A DNA stretch of 64,000 nucleotides, from positions 361,441 through 425,440 of the forward strand of contig CAVXUZ010000005.1 in assembly GCA_963765125.1 (NCBI GenBank). Direction: 5' to 3'. Position numbers and translations under genes: made by a program. The notes under the pieces were generated by a model that did not search any database, was not told the DNA's origin, and was given only the letters and a program-made list of their open reading frames with translations. Of this stretch, positions 1 through 10,212 are shown in pieces (position 1 is the stretch's first letter; the number at the start of each line of letters is the position of its first letter). The stretch comes from an uncultured candidate division WWE3 bacterium. GTDB taxonomy: Bacteria > Patescibacteriota > WWE3 > UBA101185 > UBA10185.

Positions 1-881
1 TTATTGATTGTATAGGTTGTAACCATCGCAATAAAACCTGAAACGGCACTTGCAACAGGAGACGAAAAAATCGTACTTCGAAGTATGGTAAATAATCCAG
101 TGTCAACAAACAAACCAACAAAGCCGGTAATTACAAATTTAAAAAAACTTTTACTCGCGTTAAACCTAAGGACTGCTACAACACGAAGAGAATCAAACAT
201 ATTGTCACGTTCCATTTTTGAGTTGCCTCTGTCTCTTAAACCAAACTGAATCGGAACTTCTTTAATTTTGGCACCGAGTTTATACATTCTAAAAAGTAAA
301 TCCATCTTGTAAGCAAACCCTGAAGAATTTACCTCATCGAGATTCATCTTATCTACAAAGCCTTTTACGCGAGAAATTTTAAAACCAGTAGTAAAATCTG
401 AAACGTTGTAAATTCCAAGTGCAACCTTTGTAAAAATGTTTCCGCCGATACTTAGAAGTTTTCTATAAAAAGCCCACTCCTTTGGAATACTTCCACCCCT
501 TATATACCTTGATCCTATAACATAATCATAGCCATTATCAAACTCGTGAATCATAGCTGTTAAATCCTCAGGCCTGTGCTGCATATCAGCGTCCATTTCT
601 ACTATAGCTTCAGCTCCGAGTTGCAAAATTGCATGTTTAAAACCATAAATATAAGCTGCGCCCAAACCTGCTTTTTCTTTCTCAGTCAGTAAAATTACAT
701 AGGGGTATTTAGTTGCAAGGCTTTTTACGACGTCGCCTGTTCCATCAGGAGAATTTCCATCAACTATAAGAACATTAAAATCATGGTTTGGAAATTTTTT
801 AAGTTCGATATCAATTAGAGGAATTAAACGAGAAACATTCTCTGACTCATTATATGTGGGAATGACAATAACAATCTTCAT
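1..881 (-). CDS. GT2-family polyprenol-phosphate glycosyltransferase (DPM1/GtrB-like) with GtrA-like hydrophobic C-terminus; 3' end runs off window
   Basis: Minus-strand ATG at 881 (MKIVIVIPTYNESENV...). DxD-containing GT2 core (VDGNSPDGT, EMDADMQH). The frame stays open to position 1 with a hydrophobic tail. Confidence 0.75.
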   Translation of the reverse strand, partial: MKIVIVIPTYNESENVSRLIPLIDIELKKFPNHDFNVLIVDGNSPDGTGDVVKSLATKYPYVILLTEKEKAGLGAAYIYGFKHAILQLGAEAIVEMDADMQHRPEDLTAMIHEFDNGYDYVIGSRYIRGGSIPKEWAFYRKLLSIGGNIFTKVALGIYNVSDFTTGFKISRVKGFVDKMNLDEVNSSGFAYKMDLLFRMYKLGAKIKEVPIQFGLRDRGNSKMERDNMFDSLRVVAVLRFNASKSFFKFVITGFVGLFVDTGLFTILRSTIFSSPVASAVSGFIAMVTTYTIN

Positions 882-893
882 AACCTGTAAATT

Positions 894-1151
894 TTAAACG
901 CTAATTGCAGTGAGAACAAGTATAAACACGAATAATCCAATTAAAATATATTCCAATGCAACATCTACTGTAAGGCGCTCTTCAATTAAATGATGAACCA
1001 TCCCCCAAAATGAATAAAATATTGCAGCGATTGCCATCAAAACAATAAGTGCGCTTTTATCAAATCTAAACTGGTAAAACAGAATACCAATAACAATAAT
1101 TCCTAAAACAAGAACCGTATGTTCGATAATCTTGTAACCTTTGTAGTTCAT
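894..1151 (-). CDS. small 3-TM membrane protein (DUF2304-like companion of GT2?)
   Basis: 85-aa ORF, three hydrophobic helices, lies between the GT2 gene and the next gene on the same strand. Confidence 0.4.
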   Translation of the reverse strand: MNYKGYKIIEHTVLVLGIIVIGILFYQFRFDKSALIVLMAIAAIFYSFWGMVHHLIEERLTVDVALEYILIGLFVFILVLTAISV

Positions 1152-2164
1152 AAAATTGCTCCTGGCACTATAGAAAGCATAACACTCATTAAGACTAGAG
1201 CCAAAAATATAATATGCGCAAATGTGTGCCCAGTAACTTTAAGTATTCCGTGTTTCTTTGAGTACCAAAGATCTAAGCATAACAACGCAACAACAAACCC
1301 ACCAAAAGTGTAGGTGATCGATCTTGTTGCAGATTTAACGTCAACAAATAACTCATTTCTTTCAAATTTTTCTTCAACTATGTTTTTCGACTCAGAAAGC
1401 TGCTGAAGTATTGGCGTTGCTTCACCCTCTACATTTTGTGCTACTTTCGCAGGTACTTCGGGTGCTTCCTCAATGACCGGCTCAGGCACCTCAATGGGTG
1501 TAATTTCTTCTTCAACCTTTGCAGGTACTTCGGGAGCATTTACACTTTCTGAAGCAAGTTTGGTCGCTACTCTTTCACGCCCAAACATTTGAACGACGAT
1601 GGTTGTTTCATACCCATCGATAACACCATTTATGACTGCAAAACCAATATCGTCGTAATTAGAGCTTAAAAGATTGTCTCTATGACTTGGAGATGTATAC
1701 CACGCTTCTACAACATCTTTTGAGTTTGAAAAGTTTTTTGCTAGGTTTTCACCCGCGTATACGTAGTCGTAATCCTGATCTAAAATAAAATCCCAAGGTT
1801 TGGTGCCCATAGGAGAAACGTGCGCCCAATAACCAACCTTGAACATATCTTGAGCTTTGCTCTGCGCAGCCTCAGAAAGTTCTTGGTTCATACTCAATGG
1901 TTTTAACCCAACTTTTGCTCTTGTCTCGTTAGTATATTTCAATAAATCTTGTGAATTAATATTTGAAGCATAACCCAATATCCCAGGTGCAAAGAGGGGC
2001 ACTACTCGAATAATGGCTACCAATGCTATCTGTACCAGTGCATACAGTATTAGCGCACGATTGCTTAGCAGTCTTGCTCTAATTTTCTTATGCTTATGAG
2101 GAACAAAATGATACAGAAACTGGTATTTACTTATTGAATTGGGGGCTTCGTAAATATCGTTCAT
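1148..2164 (-). CDS. membrane-anchored CAP/SCP/PR-1 domain protein with Pro/Glu-rich repeat linker and C-terminal TM helices
   Basis: CAP-like signature segments (GENLA..., WYTSPSHRDNLL). N-terminal signal-anchor helix. Repeated APEVPAKV linker. Two C-terminal TM helices. Confidence 0.55.
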   Translation of the reverse strand: MNDIYEAPNSISKYQFLYHFVPHKHKKIRARLLSNRALILYALVQIALVAIIRVVPLFAPGILGYASNINSQDLLKYTNETRAKVGLKPLSMNQELSEAAQSKAQDMFKVGYWAHVSPMGTKPWDFILDQDYDYVYAGENLAKNFSNSKDVVEAWYTSPSHRDNLLSSNYDDIGFAVINGVIDGYETTIVVQMFGRERVATKLASESVNAPEVPAKVEEEITPIEVPEPVIEEAPEVPAKVAQNVEGEATPILQQLSESKNIVEEKFERNELFVDVKSATRSITYTFGGFVVALLCLDLWYSKKHGILKVTGHTFAHIIFLALVLMSVMLSIVPGAIL

Positions 2165-2173
2165 ATACGCGAA

Positions 2174-2815
2174 TTATACCACCAAGTCAGCCTTTCGTCG
2201 TAACGCTTCGACCGTGTTATTAAAAATAATTTCTGGTTTTGGCTTCGCGTCAACTTCGATTAGTTGCTTTTTCTTACGATAATATTCTATTACTTTTTTT
2301 GTAGAAGAATCAAAGACTTTAAACCTATTCTCCAAAACCTTGACGTCATCATCTTTTCTATAGGTTAGGGTACTCCTATCGTAATCACATATACCATCTA
2401 CTTTTGGAGGAGAATATAATTTGTTATAGGTGTGTCCATGTGCTGTGCATACAAGTCGATTGTTAATTCTTTCAACTGCAACATCCTTTGAAATGTTGAG
2501 ATATAGGACAAAAGTCGCCTTTGGGTCAAAGTATTCTAAATCAACCAAGTCGCGTAACCAGCCGTCTAAAATATACCCTTTTTCGTATTTAGCCTTATCC
2601 TCTACCATTTTAGCTAAAAGTTCGCCCACAATCGATTGTGGAGCCAATAAACCCCTGTTCATCGCGTTATGGACAGGATTATAAAATGGGGATTCTGGGG
2701 GTATCTCCCTGAGCATCTGACCAACCTTAATTAAGGGCAAACCAAGATGGGCACTTAGTTTCTCTCCTAAAGTACCTTTACCGCTTGCGGGCGGCCCTAC
2801 CAAAACGATGATCAT
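2174..2815 (-). CDS. adk: adenylate kinase
   Basis: P-loop GPPASGKGT. LID segment with Cys/His. Canonical position after secY. Confidence 0.85.
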   Translation of the reverse strand: MIIVLVGPPASGKGTLGEKLSAHLGLPLIKVGQMLREIPPESPFYNPVHNAMNRGLLAPQSIVGELLAKMVEDKAKYEKGYILDGWLRDLVDLEYFDPKATFVLYLNISKDVAVERINNRLVCTAHGHTYNKLYSPPKVDGICDYDRSTLTYRKDDDVKVLENRFKVFDSSTKKVIEYYRKKKQLIEVDAKPKPEIIFNNTVEALRRKADLVV

Positions 2816-2817
2816 AT

Positions 2818-3081
2818 TTATAGTCCTGGAATTCCTAAATCGCCAAGTTGGCCTCTAAGCTGCTTCTCTGCCTTTTTATTAACTTCCTTCATTGCTGAGT
2901 TGATTAGATCTCTTAATTCTTTTTGTTCTTCACCATCAATTTCAATTGTCTCTACTTTTCTGTCGCCTCTTACAACTACGCGGATACCTCTTTTCTCTTC
3001 GGATGCAAAAATTTGCTCTAATTGTTTATTGAGTCTGGATTGTGCTTGCTGAAATCTTATTAATTCTTTTGGATTTATCAT
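2818..3081 (-). CDS. ybaB: YbaB/EbfC-family nucleoid-associated protein
   Basis: 87 aa, helical and charged, C-terminal G(I/L)PG(L/F) tail typical of the YbaB family. Confidence 0.55.
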   Translation of the reverse strand: MINPKELIRFQQAQSRLNKQLEQIFASEEKRGIRVVVRGDRKVETIEIDGEEQKELRDLINSAMKEVNKKAEKQLRGQLGDLGIPGL

Positions 3082-3082
3082 A

Positions 3083-4339
3083 TTATTTTAAGAAACTTTG
3101 ATAATTTCTGGTAACCATCATTGACTCCATTTGTCTAATCGTATCAAGAACTACTGATACAACGATTAGTACACCTGTGCCCCCGATGGCTAAATTTGTT
3201 AAACCTGTGTATGCTTGTACAAAAAATGGCATAATCGCGATCAATCCTAAAAACATAGCACCCGCCAATGTCAATCTTAGCGTAATGGTTCTTAAGTACT
3301 GTTCTGTTGCTCTGCCTGGTCTGATTCCGGGTATAAAACCACCGCGCTTTTTTATATCGTCAGCAATTTTATGTGGATCAAACTGCATAAATGTATAGAA
3401 AAATGTAAATCCAACTACAAGTATAAAATACAAAATATTGTAAAGAGGTTCAGTAGATGCAAAATTCTTACCTAAAAAAGTACCAATATTATTCAGAATT
3501 GGTGAACTTGTAGCTAACAACGGCCCACTTAAAAGAGACGGTATCATAACTAAAGAAACAGCGAAGATAATCGGAATGACTCCGGCTTGATTAATTTTTA
3601 TTGGTAAAAAGTTGCTCACACGCTCTGCTCTAATTCCTCGTCTACCATACTCAATAGGTATATTTCTTGTACCTTCGTTGACCATAACAATGGCAGCGAT
3701 AACAACAATAATAAGACCAAGTATTAAAGCGGTGGTGATAAGTCCAGATTTTTCAAAAAGCGCGTAAATACTAAGCGCCCCTGTTGGCAGTCTGCTTACG
3801 ATTCCAGCAAAAATTAGAAGCGATACACCTTGGCCAAGTCCAGACTCGGTTATTAAATCACCAATCCAAACCATTATTAGAGCGCCGCCAACCAAAGAAA
3901 GTACCAAAACTACCAACGTCATTATGTCTATATTTCCTATTACGCCTTGTTTGTGGAGTAAAAAGTAAACACCATAAGCCTGAATTAACGCGAGCGGAAC
4001 TGTAAGCATTTTTGTGTATGAATTAATTCGTTCTCTACCTGTTTCGCCCTCTTTTGAAAGTTCCTCAAGTGAGGGGATTATTTTTATAAAAAGTGAAATT
4101 ATGATTGAAGCGTTAATATATGGTCCAAGACCAAGTGTGGCTATAGAAAAGTTTTGAAATCCACCTCCACTAAAAAGATCGAATAATCCGAAAATCTGGC
4201 TGCTTTGTAAGAATGTTCTAACTGAGTTTAAATCGACGCCTGGAACGGGAACGTGGGCAAATATTCTTGATACTAGAATCGCAAAAAGTGTAAATAATAT
4301 CTTTTTTCTAAGTTCTTCATTTTTTAGTACTTTGAGCAT
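3083..4339 (-). CDS. secY: preprotein translocase subunit SecY
   Basis: 418 aa, 10-TM SecY pattern, directly downstream of rplO. Confidence 0.95.
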   Translation of the reverse strand: MLKVLKNEELRKKILFTLFAILVSRIFAHVPVPGVDLNSVRTFLQSSQIFGLFDLFSGGGFQNFSIATLGLGPYINASIIISLFIKIIPSLEELSKEGETGRERINSYTKMLTVPLALIQAYGVYFLLHKQGVIGNIDIMTLVVLVLSLVGGALIMVWIGDLITESGLGQGVSLLIFAGIVSRLPTGALSIYALFEKSGLITTALILGLIIVVIAAIVMVNEGTRNIPIEYGRRGIRAERVSNFLPIKINQAGVIPIIFAVSLVMIPSLLSGPLLATSSPILNNIGTFLGKNFASTEPLYNILYFILVVGFTFFYTFMQFDPHKIADDIKKRGGFIPGIRPGRATEQYLRTITLRLTLAGAMFLGLIAIMPFFVQAYTGLTNLAIGGTGVLIVVSVVLDTIRQMESMMVTRNYQSFLK

Positions 4340-4340
4340 T

Positions 4341-4787
4341 TTATTCGACTATTTTCGAACCTGATTTTTCAATAGCCTCCCTAGCACCTTTGGTGTACAA
4401 AAAACCAGAGAGTTCTAGTTTCTTTGCAAGTGTGCCATTAGAAATAATTTTAACACTCGCTTTACCAATCTTTTTCACCATTCTTTTTTCTAAAATAACT
4501 TTTGGATTAACTTTATCTCCATCGTTAAATCTATTAAGTCTGAGGACTGAAAACTCGATGACGTTTTTAGAAGTTGGATTACGGAATCCCGCAAGTTTAG
4601 GAACCTTTTTGTACAAAGGTACTTGTCCACCCTCATAGCCTGGATTTACTTTTCCTGTTCCTCTAGCTTTTTGACCTTTTGTTCCTGTACCGGTTGTATG
4701 ACCACCTTTACCACTGCCGTAACCTCGACCGCGTCTTTTACTTTTTCCGTGTATTCCTTTTTGTTTAGGTAAGTTATTTAATTCCAT
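4341..4787 (-). CDS. rplO: 50S ribosomal protein L15
   Basis: Gly/Lys-rich L15 N-terminus. Internal Met start overlaps the rpsE stop (ATGA). No rpmD (L30) gene lies between rpsE and rplO. Confidence 0.9.
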   Translation of the reverse strand: MELNNLPKQKGIHGKSKRRGRGYGSGKGGHTTGTGTKGQKARGTGKVNPGYEGGQVPLYKKVPKLAGFRNPTSKNVIEFSVLRLNRFNDGDKVNPKVILEKRMVKKIGKASVKIISNGTLAKKLELSGFLYTKGAREAIEKSGSKIVE

Positions 4788-5260
4788 TATTCTGCCTTCT
4801 TTAATTTCTGCAACGCTTCTATCGTGCATCTTACATTTGTTAACTTATCGCTTGAGCCAAGCATTTTTGCTGAGACGTCTTTGACACCTGCTAGCTCTAA
4901 AACTGCTCTGATAGCTCCACCTGCAATAATTCCAGAACCTTTTGGTGCGGGTTGTATAAGTACCTTTGCAGCAGAAAGCTTGTTAGATACCATGTGAGGT
5001 ATTGTTGTATTTTTTAAATTAATGTCTACTACGTTAGTTCTAGCCTTTGCTAAAGCTTTCTGAATTGCTTTCTGAACATCTTTTCCTTTACCTAATGCGC
5101 TACCCACTCTACCTTTTCCATCACCAATAATTGCTAGTGCGGTAAAACCAATCGCGTTTCCACCTGTAGTTTTTTTAGAAACTCTTTTTATTTGAAAAAC
5201 TCTCTCTTCGTAGTCTTGGGCTTTCTTAGGTCCTTGCTGAGATTGATTTCTATTCATCAT
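4787..5260 (-). CDS. rpsE: 30S ribosomal protein S5
   Basis: S5 dsRBD plus C-terminal domain motifs, in spc operon order. Confidence 0.95.
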   Translation of the reverse strand: MMNRNQSQQGPKKAQDYEERVFQIKRVSKKTTGGNAIGFTALAIIGDGKGRVGSALGKGKDVQKAIQKALAKARTNVVDINLKNTTIPHMVSNKLSAAKVLIQPAPKGSGIIAGGAIRAVLELAGVKDVSAKMLGSSDKLTNVRCTIEALQKLKKAE

Positions 5261-5619
5261 AATTCTAATCCTCTCTTTCGTGCGCCATCGGCAATATTTT
5301 TAATTCTTCCATGATATTGATAGCCATTTCGATCAAATACTACTTTTTTTATTTTTTTGTCTAGTGCTTTTAACGCTAGTGCTTCACCAATAGAAAATGC
5401 GGCCTCAACTTTTGTTTTTCCTTCATGAGCTTTTTTAATTTCTGTGGCGCTTAATCCAATTAACGTTTTTCTTGACCTATCATCAATGATTTGGCCATAG
5501 ATATATTTATTTGAGCGAAATACTGAAAGTCTCGGTCTCGCAATTTCACCAAATACTTTTTTCTTTACTCTAAGTTTTCGTCTTTCTTTATTTGTACTTC
5601 TTAATATTACTTTTGCCAT
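5257..5619 (-). CDS. rplR: 50S ribosomal protein L18
   Basis: RPRLSVFRSNKYIYGQIIDD motif. Confidence 0.95.
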   Translation of the reverse strand: MAKVILRSTNKERRKLRVKKKVFGEIARPRLSVFRSNKYIYGQIIDDRSRKTLIGLSATEIKKAHEGKTKVEAAFSIGEALALKALDKKIKKVVFDRNGYQYHGRIKNIADGARKRGLEL

Positions 5620-5622
5620 TTT

Positions 5623-6162
5623 TTAAACCTTTCCTGACTTTCCAGGTTTTGTCTTTACAATCTCTCCAACATATTTCACACCTTTACCTTTGTAAACTTC
5701 AGGTTTTCTAAAGGCTCTTATTTTTGCTGCAGTCTGTCCAACAAGCTGTTTATCAATTCCTGAAACTGTTATTGTCTTGTTTTCTTCTACGCTAAGATTA
5801 ATTCCCTCTGGTGCAGGAAAATTAATCGCGTGAGAATAGCCGAGAGCTAGGGTTAAACCTTTTCCTGCTGCGCTGGTTCTATAACCAACTCCAACGAGTT
5901 CTAGCTTTTTCTCAAATCCTTCAGTAACACCAATAATCATATTCGCGAGCAATGCTCTTGCTAAACCCCATAAAGCTCCGGTTTCTTTACAATCTAATTC
6001 TGCGGTTATGTTTATAACACCATTTTCTTGGGTAACAGTTATTTCTGGATTTACTGTGTGCTTAAGCTCCCCTTTGGGACCTTTTACTGTAATTTCTTTT
6101 CCATTAATTAAAACGGTCACGCCTGCAGGTATTTCGATTGGTTTCTTTCCTACTCTAGACAT
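5623..6162 (-). CDS. rplF: 50S ribosomal protein L6
   Basis: 179 aa with the duplicated L6 domain pattern. Confidence 0.95.
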   Translation of the reverse strand: MSRVGKKPIEIPAGVTVLINGKEITVKGPKGELKHTVNPEITVTQENGVINITAELDCKETGALWGLARALLANMIIGVTEGFEKKLELVGVGYRTSAAGKGLTLALGYSHAINFPAPEGINLSVEENKTITVSGIDKQLVGQTAAKIRAFRKPEVYKGKGVKYVGEIVKTKPGKSGKV

Positions 6163-6165
6163 TTT

Positions 6166-6564
6166 TTAAAATACCTTACAAATTAACTCTCCGCCAAGCC
6201 TTCTTTTCTTTGCTTCTTGGCCACTAATTACACCTTTTGATGTAGAAACTACTAAAACTCCCTGCCCTGCTGGAACGTGCTCAAATTTTGTGCTGCTCAA
6301 ATAAATTCTTCTTCCAGGTTTAGAAAATCTTTTAATGTCGGTTATAAGAAACTTTTTGTTTTCTACAGCCAAATCTAATCTCAACCCTTTATAAGCTTTT
6401 CCTTTTGGTTTAAATGTCTTTACTTCTGTCAGAAATCCTGCTTCTTTTAGAACATTAGCGATACTTTCACACTCTTTTGTGTAATAAGTTTCAACAAAGG
6501 CATTATTAGCCATTGAGGCGTTTTTAATTGAACTCAACATGTTTGATACTCTATCTAAACTCAT
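6166..6564 (-). CDS. rpsH: 30S ribosomal protein S8
   Basis: 132 aa, S8 family, in spc order. Confidence 0.95.
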   Translation of the reverse strand: MSLDRVSNMLSSIKNASMANNAFVETYYTKECESIANVLKEAGFLTEVKTFKPKGKAYKGLRLDLAVENKKFLITDIKRFSKPGRRIYLSSTKFEHVPAGQGVLVVSTSKGVISGQEAKKRRLGGELICKVF

Positions 6565-6565
6565 A

Positions 6566-6754
6566 TTACCAACTTGCCTTTCTTACTCCGGGTAATTCTC
6601 CCTTGTGAGCTAATTCTCTGAAACATTTTCTACAAATTCCAAACCTTCTCATAAAACCTCTTGGGTTACCACAGATTTCACAACGATTGTATTTTCGCAC
6701 CGGAAATGCGAACTGTCCTCTTTTATGTTTTTCTACTAATGCTTTCTTTGCCAT
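6566..6754 (-). CDS. rpsN: 30S ribosomal protein S14, zinc-binding Z-type
   Basis: 61 aa with a CxxC...CxxC zinc ribbon (CEICGN...CRKC). Confidence 0.95.
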   Translation of the reverse strand: MAKKALVEKHKRGQFAFPVRKYNRCEICGNPRGFMRRFGICRKCFRELAHKGELPGVRKASW

Positions 6755-6798
6755 AATCTAGTTTGTAACTATACCACTAAAAACCTTTTAGAAAAAGG

Positions 6799-7344
6799 CT
6801 AGTTGTCCTTTCTAAAGGGCATACCTAAGTAGCTTAGGAGTGCCTTGTTGTAGTTCTTTTCTTTACTTGAACTCACAACTGTAACTTGCATACTTCTAAT
6901 TCCTTTTACTAAATTTGGGTTAACCTCAGGAAAAATCGTGTGTTCTGCTATGCCCAACGAGTAGTTGCCTGCTTCATCGAAAGCTTCGTTGCTTAAACCT
7001 TGGAAATCTCTAATTCTTGGAATTGCAACGCTAATCAATTTATCTAGAAATGCCCACATTCTTTCTCCTCTTAATGTTGCTGTAAATCCAACCGTCTCCC
7101 CCTGTCTAACCTTTAAACCTGCGATAGAGAGTCTCGCTTTTCTTGGAAATGGCTTTTGTCCACAAAGTTGAGTCATCTCAGCTTCAAAACTTTCTAAAGC
7201 TTCTCTATTGTCCCTAAATCCACCAATACCTGCATTTACAACAATCTTTTTAATATTAGGAACTTGCATCACACTTTTTAGATCAAATTCCTTTTTTATT
7301 TTTTGTACTATTTCTTTTGTATATTTTTCCTTTAGTCTATTCAT
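6799..7344 (-). CDS. rplE: 50S ribosomal protein L5
   Basis: 181 aa, L5 family. Confidence 0.95.
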   Translation of the reverse strand: MNRLKEKYTKEIVQKIKKEFDLKSVMQVPNIKKIVVNAGIGGFRDNREALESFEAEMTQLCGQKPFPRKARLSIAGLKVRQGETVGFTATLRGERMWAFLDKLISVAIPRIRDFQGLSNEAFDEAGNYSLGIAEHTIFPEVNPNLVKGIRSMQVTVVSSSKEKNYNKALLSYLGMPFRKDN

Positions 7345-7345
7345 C

Positions 7346-7657
7346 TTATTTCTCTATAACCTCTTTTTTAACTCTGTTGTATCTATATTTTTTACCATCA
7401 ACAATTTTGCTACCTAGTCTTACCGGTCGTTTTAAGTCGCTATCGTAGTACATAACATTTGAAATATGGATTGGTGATTCTTTTTTAATTATTCCACCTT
7501 CCTTTTTCTTGTCTTTGGCTTTTACATGTTTTTTAACAACGTTTACACCCTCTACCAAGAGCCTATTTTCCGCAGGAATCATTTTTAGAACAACTCCGAT
7601 CTTACCTAAGTCTTTTCCTGCAATTATTTGAACTTTATCACCTTTTTTTATTAACAT
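7346..7657 (-). CDS. rplX: 50S ribosomal protein L24
   Basis: KOW motif (KKGDKVQIIAGKDLGK). Confidence 0.95.
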   Translation of the reverse strand: MLIKKGDKVQIIAGKDLGKIGVVLKMIPAENRLLVEGVNVVKKHVKAKDKKKEGGIIKKESPIHISNVMYYDSDLKRPVRLGSKIVDGKKYRYNRVKKEVIEK

Positions 7658-7667
7658 ATGTTTCTTC

Positions 7668-8036
7668 TTACCATACCTCCTTGGCTAAGGAAGCAATTTT
7701 TAAATATCCAAAATCTCTAATTTCTCTAGCAACAGGTCCGAAAACTCTTGTTCCAACCATTAAGCCTTCTTTATTGATTACTACACCGGCGTTGTCATCA
7801 AATCTTGTGTAACTTCCATCTTTTCTTCTTACTTCTTTGGATGTTCTCACGATAACTGCCTTAACAACTGTATGATCTTTTAGGGCTCCTACTGCAATTG
7901 CTCCATCTACTACTGCTGTTACTGTATCGCCAACCGAGGCAAATTTTCTTCCTGTATTTCCTGGAATCCCAATCACCTTTAATCTTTTTGCACCTGAATT
8001 GTCTGCTACTGAGAGCGTTGAACCAACTTGAATCAT
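7668..8036 (-). CDS. rplN: 50S ribosomal protein L14
   Basis: MIQVGSTLSVADNSGAK N-terminus. Confidence 0.95.
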   Translation of the reverse strand: MIQVGSTLSVADNSGAKRLKVIGIPGNTGRKFASVGDTVTAVVDGAIAVGALKDHTVVKAVIVRTSKEVRRKDGSYTRFDDNAGVVINKEGLMVGTRVFGPVAREIRDFGYLKIASLAKEVW

Positions 8037-8281
8037 TATTTTTTACCCGCTTCTAAAATTTCTAAGACTTTCCATGCAACAGTTTTACTAAAAGGCGTAC
8101 ATTCCTCAACCAATACAGTATCGCCAAGTTTAGCTTCGACATCGTTTCTTGCTTTAAACTTTTTGGTCATTGCAATATTTTTTTTGTATATCTTATGTTT
8201 TTTTCTTGTCTCAACGCTGATCATAACTGTTCTATCCATGCGATCAGAAACGATCTTTCCTTTTATAGTTTTTTTAGGCAT
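8036..8281 (-). CDS. rpsQ: 30S ribosomal protein S17
   Basis: 81 aa, S17 OB-fold. Confidence 0.9.
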   Translation of the reverse strand: MPKKTIKGKIVSDRMDRTVMISVETRKKHKIYKKNIAMTKKFKARNDVEAKLGDTVLVEECTPFSKTVAWKVLEILEAGKK

Positions 8282-8492
8282 TGTCTGTATCCTCCAAAAA
8301 TAATTTTTCTGACAAAACTGTGCTTATTCTTGCCATATCTTTTTTTATAAACTTTCCTTTTGTTATATTTTTTTCTTTGCCTTTATACACATCGATTGAA
8401 AACTTTTCAAGCTCTTTTTTCTTATCTTTAAACTCTTTTTCAAGCTCTTTGATAGTCTTTATTCTTAAATCTTTTGCTAGTAAATTACTCAT
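8274..8492 (-). CDS. rpmC: 50S ribosomal protein L29
   Basis: Helical 72 aa using the internal Met start, positioned between rpsQ and rplP. Confidence 0.8.
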   Translation of the reverse strand: MSNLLAKDLRIKTIKELEKEFKDKKKELEKFSIDVYKGKEKNITKGKFIKKDMARISTVLSEKLFLEDTDNA

Positions 8493-8892
8493 TTGATACA
8501 AACCTCATTTTGAGCGGTAATTTGTCAGCCGCTCTACTGAAAGCATGTCTTGCTACCTCTTCGGTAACTCCAGAAATTTCAAAAATTATTTTACCGGGCT
8601 TTATAACCGCTGCGTAGTGATCTGGTGCGGATTTACCGCTTCCCATTCTTGTTTCCTGTGGCTTTTTTGATATTGCCTTGTGAGGAAATACTCTAATCCA
8701 AAGCTTTCCACCTCTTTTTGTCTGGTGAGAAATTGCTTTTCTCGCAGATTCAATCTGTCGTGATGTTAAAACTCCTCGGTCGTCGCATTTTAAACCAAAT
8801 TCTCCAAAAGCGATACTACTTCCTCTTACGGCAATTCCTTTATTAGTACCTCGTTGTTGTTTTCTAAATTTTACTTTCTTTGGCATTAACAT
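8485..8892 (-). CDS. rplP: 50S ribosomal protein L16
   Basis: [14 protein letters not shown]-terminus. Confidence 0.95.
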   Translation of the reverse strand: MLMPKKVKFRKQQRGTNKGIAVRGSSIAFGEFGLKCDDRGVLTSRQIESARKAISHQTKRGGKLWIRVFPHKAISKKPQETRMGSGKSAPDHYAAVIKPGKIIFEISGVTEEVARHAFSRAADKLPLKMRFVSNE

Positions 8893-8909
8893 AGCGTTAA
8901 TAAGGAAAT

Positions 8910-9545
8910 TTACTTAATTTCCACTTCTCCTTTGTAAATCCATACTTTAATTCCGATAACACCAAAAAGCATTTTGCAGTCATGCTGACAAAAGTCGATA
9001 TCTGCTCTAAGCGTTTGCAAAGGGACTGGTCCATACTTATAAACTTCTGACCTTGCGATTGTGTTGCTTCCTGATAATAATCCGTTAATTTGAATTTTTA
9101 TTCCTTTTACACCTTTGTCTACAGCTGTAGTGACAGCAGTATTGGCAATTCTCCTTGCAGGAATTCTTCTTTTTAGCTGTCTACAAATATATTGTGCAAC
9201 TAATTCTGCTTCTAATTCTGGTGTTTTTACTTCTTCTACGGTAATTTTTATTTTTGAGTCTGTACGCGCCTTCAAGTCCTTTTCTAAAGCCTCTATACCT
9301 GTACCTGCGCGTCCTATGACTATTCCTGGTTTAGACACTTTTACTAAGAATTTAATTTCGTTTACTGATCTTTCGATCTCTATTGACTTAACACCCGCAG
9401 AGTCAAGCTTCTCTGCAAGTACTCTTCTTAGTTTGTAATCTTCAAAAATATGTTTGGAATAACCTTTTTTATCTGCAAACCATTTTGATTTCCAATCTTT
9501 TGATATTCCTAATCTAAATCCGAATGGATGTATCTTCTGCCCCAT
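8910..9545 (-). CDS. rpsC: 30S ribosomal protein S3
   Basis: [14 protein letters not shown]-terminus, KH domain. Confidence 0.95.
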   Translation of the reverse strand: MGQKIHPFGFRLGISKDWKSKWFADKKGYSKHIFEDYKLRRVLAEKLDSAGVKSIEIERSVNEIKFLVKVSKPGIVIGRAGTGIEALEKDLKARTDSKIKITVEEVKTPELEAELVAQYICRQLKRRIPARRIANTAVTTAVDKGVKGIKIQINGLLSGSNTIARSEVYKYGPVPLQTLRADIDFCQHDCKMLFGVIGIKVWIYKGEVEIK

Positions 9546-9546
9546 A

Positions 9547-9921
9547 CTACTTCTTAGCCTTAGCTACCTTTCCTTCCTCTTTTTTTGAGGACAAACCTAC
9601 TACGATATGACTTGTTCTTTTAATAAGTGGATCAAATCTTCCTTTTGAACCCGGTCTTCCATATCTCTGAAATTTTCCTTCTGAAACATACACCTCAGCG
9701 ATTCTCAAGTTTTCAGATTTGAGACCGTGGTTATTAACAGCGTTTGCCTCTGCAGATTTAACTACTTTTAGTAAAAATTTAGCTGGCTTCGAAGAATCGA
9801 ATGCTAATGTCACTTTTGCTTCATGTAGCTTCTTATTTCTTATCAGGTCCATTACTATAGCCATCTTTTTTGGCATGACTCTTGCTCTATTATGTTTTGC
9901 ATAAACTTCTGCTAGTTTCAT
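9547..9921 (-). CDS. rplV: 50S ribosomal protein L22
   Basis: 124 aa L22 family with Lys-rich tail. Confidence 0.9.
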   Translation of the reverse strand: MKLAEVYAKHNRARVMPKKMAIVMDLIRNKKLHEAKVTLAFDSSKPAKFLLKVVKSAEANAVNNHGLKSENLRIAEVYVSEGKFQRYGRPGSKGRFDPLIKRTSHIVVGLSSKKEEGKVAKAKK

Positions 9922-9927
9922 ATGTTT

Positions 9928-10209
9928 TTAGGCTGCTGGTGTAGCCAATTTCTTTGAACTATGCCCTCTAAATAATCTTGTTGGTGCAAATTCACCTAAT
10001 TTGTGACCTACCATAGGTTCTGTAATAAACACAGGCATGTGTTTTCTTCCGTTATGCACTTCGATAGTTAATGAAACCATCTCTGGTGTGATTGTTGATC
10101 TTCTTGACCACGTCTTTATAGGTGTTTTTACTCCAGATGCAACAACTGCTTCAACTTTCTTTAATAAAGAATCCTCAACGTATATTCCCTTTTTTAGTGA
10201 TCTAACCAT
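9928..10209 (-). CDS. rpsS: 30S ribosomal protein S19
   Basis: [11 protein letters not shown] motif. Confidence 0.95.
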   Translation of the reverse strand: MVRSLKKGIYVEDSLLKKVEAVVASGVKTPIKTWSRRSTITPEMVSLTIEVHNGRKHMPVFITEPMVGHKLGEFAPTRLFRGHSSKKLATPAA

Positions 10210-10212
10210 CTA

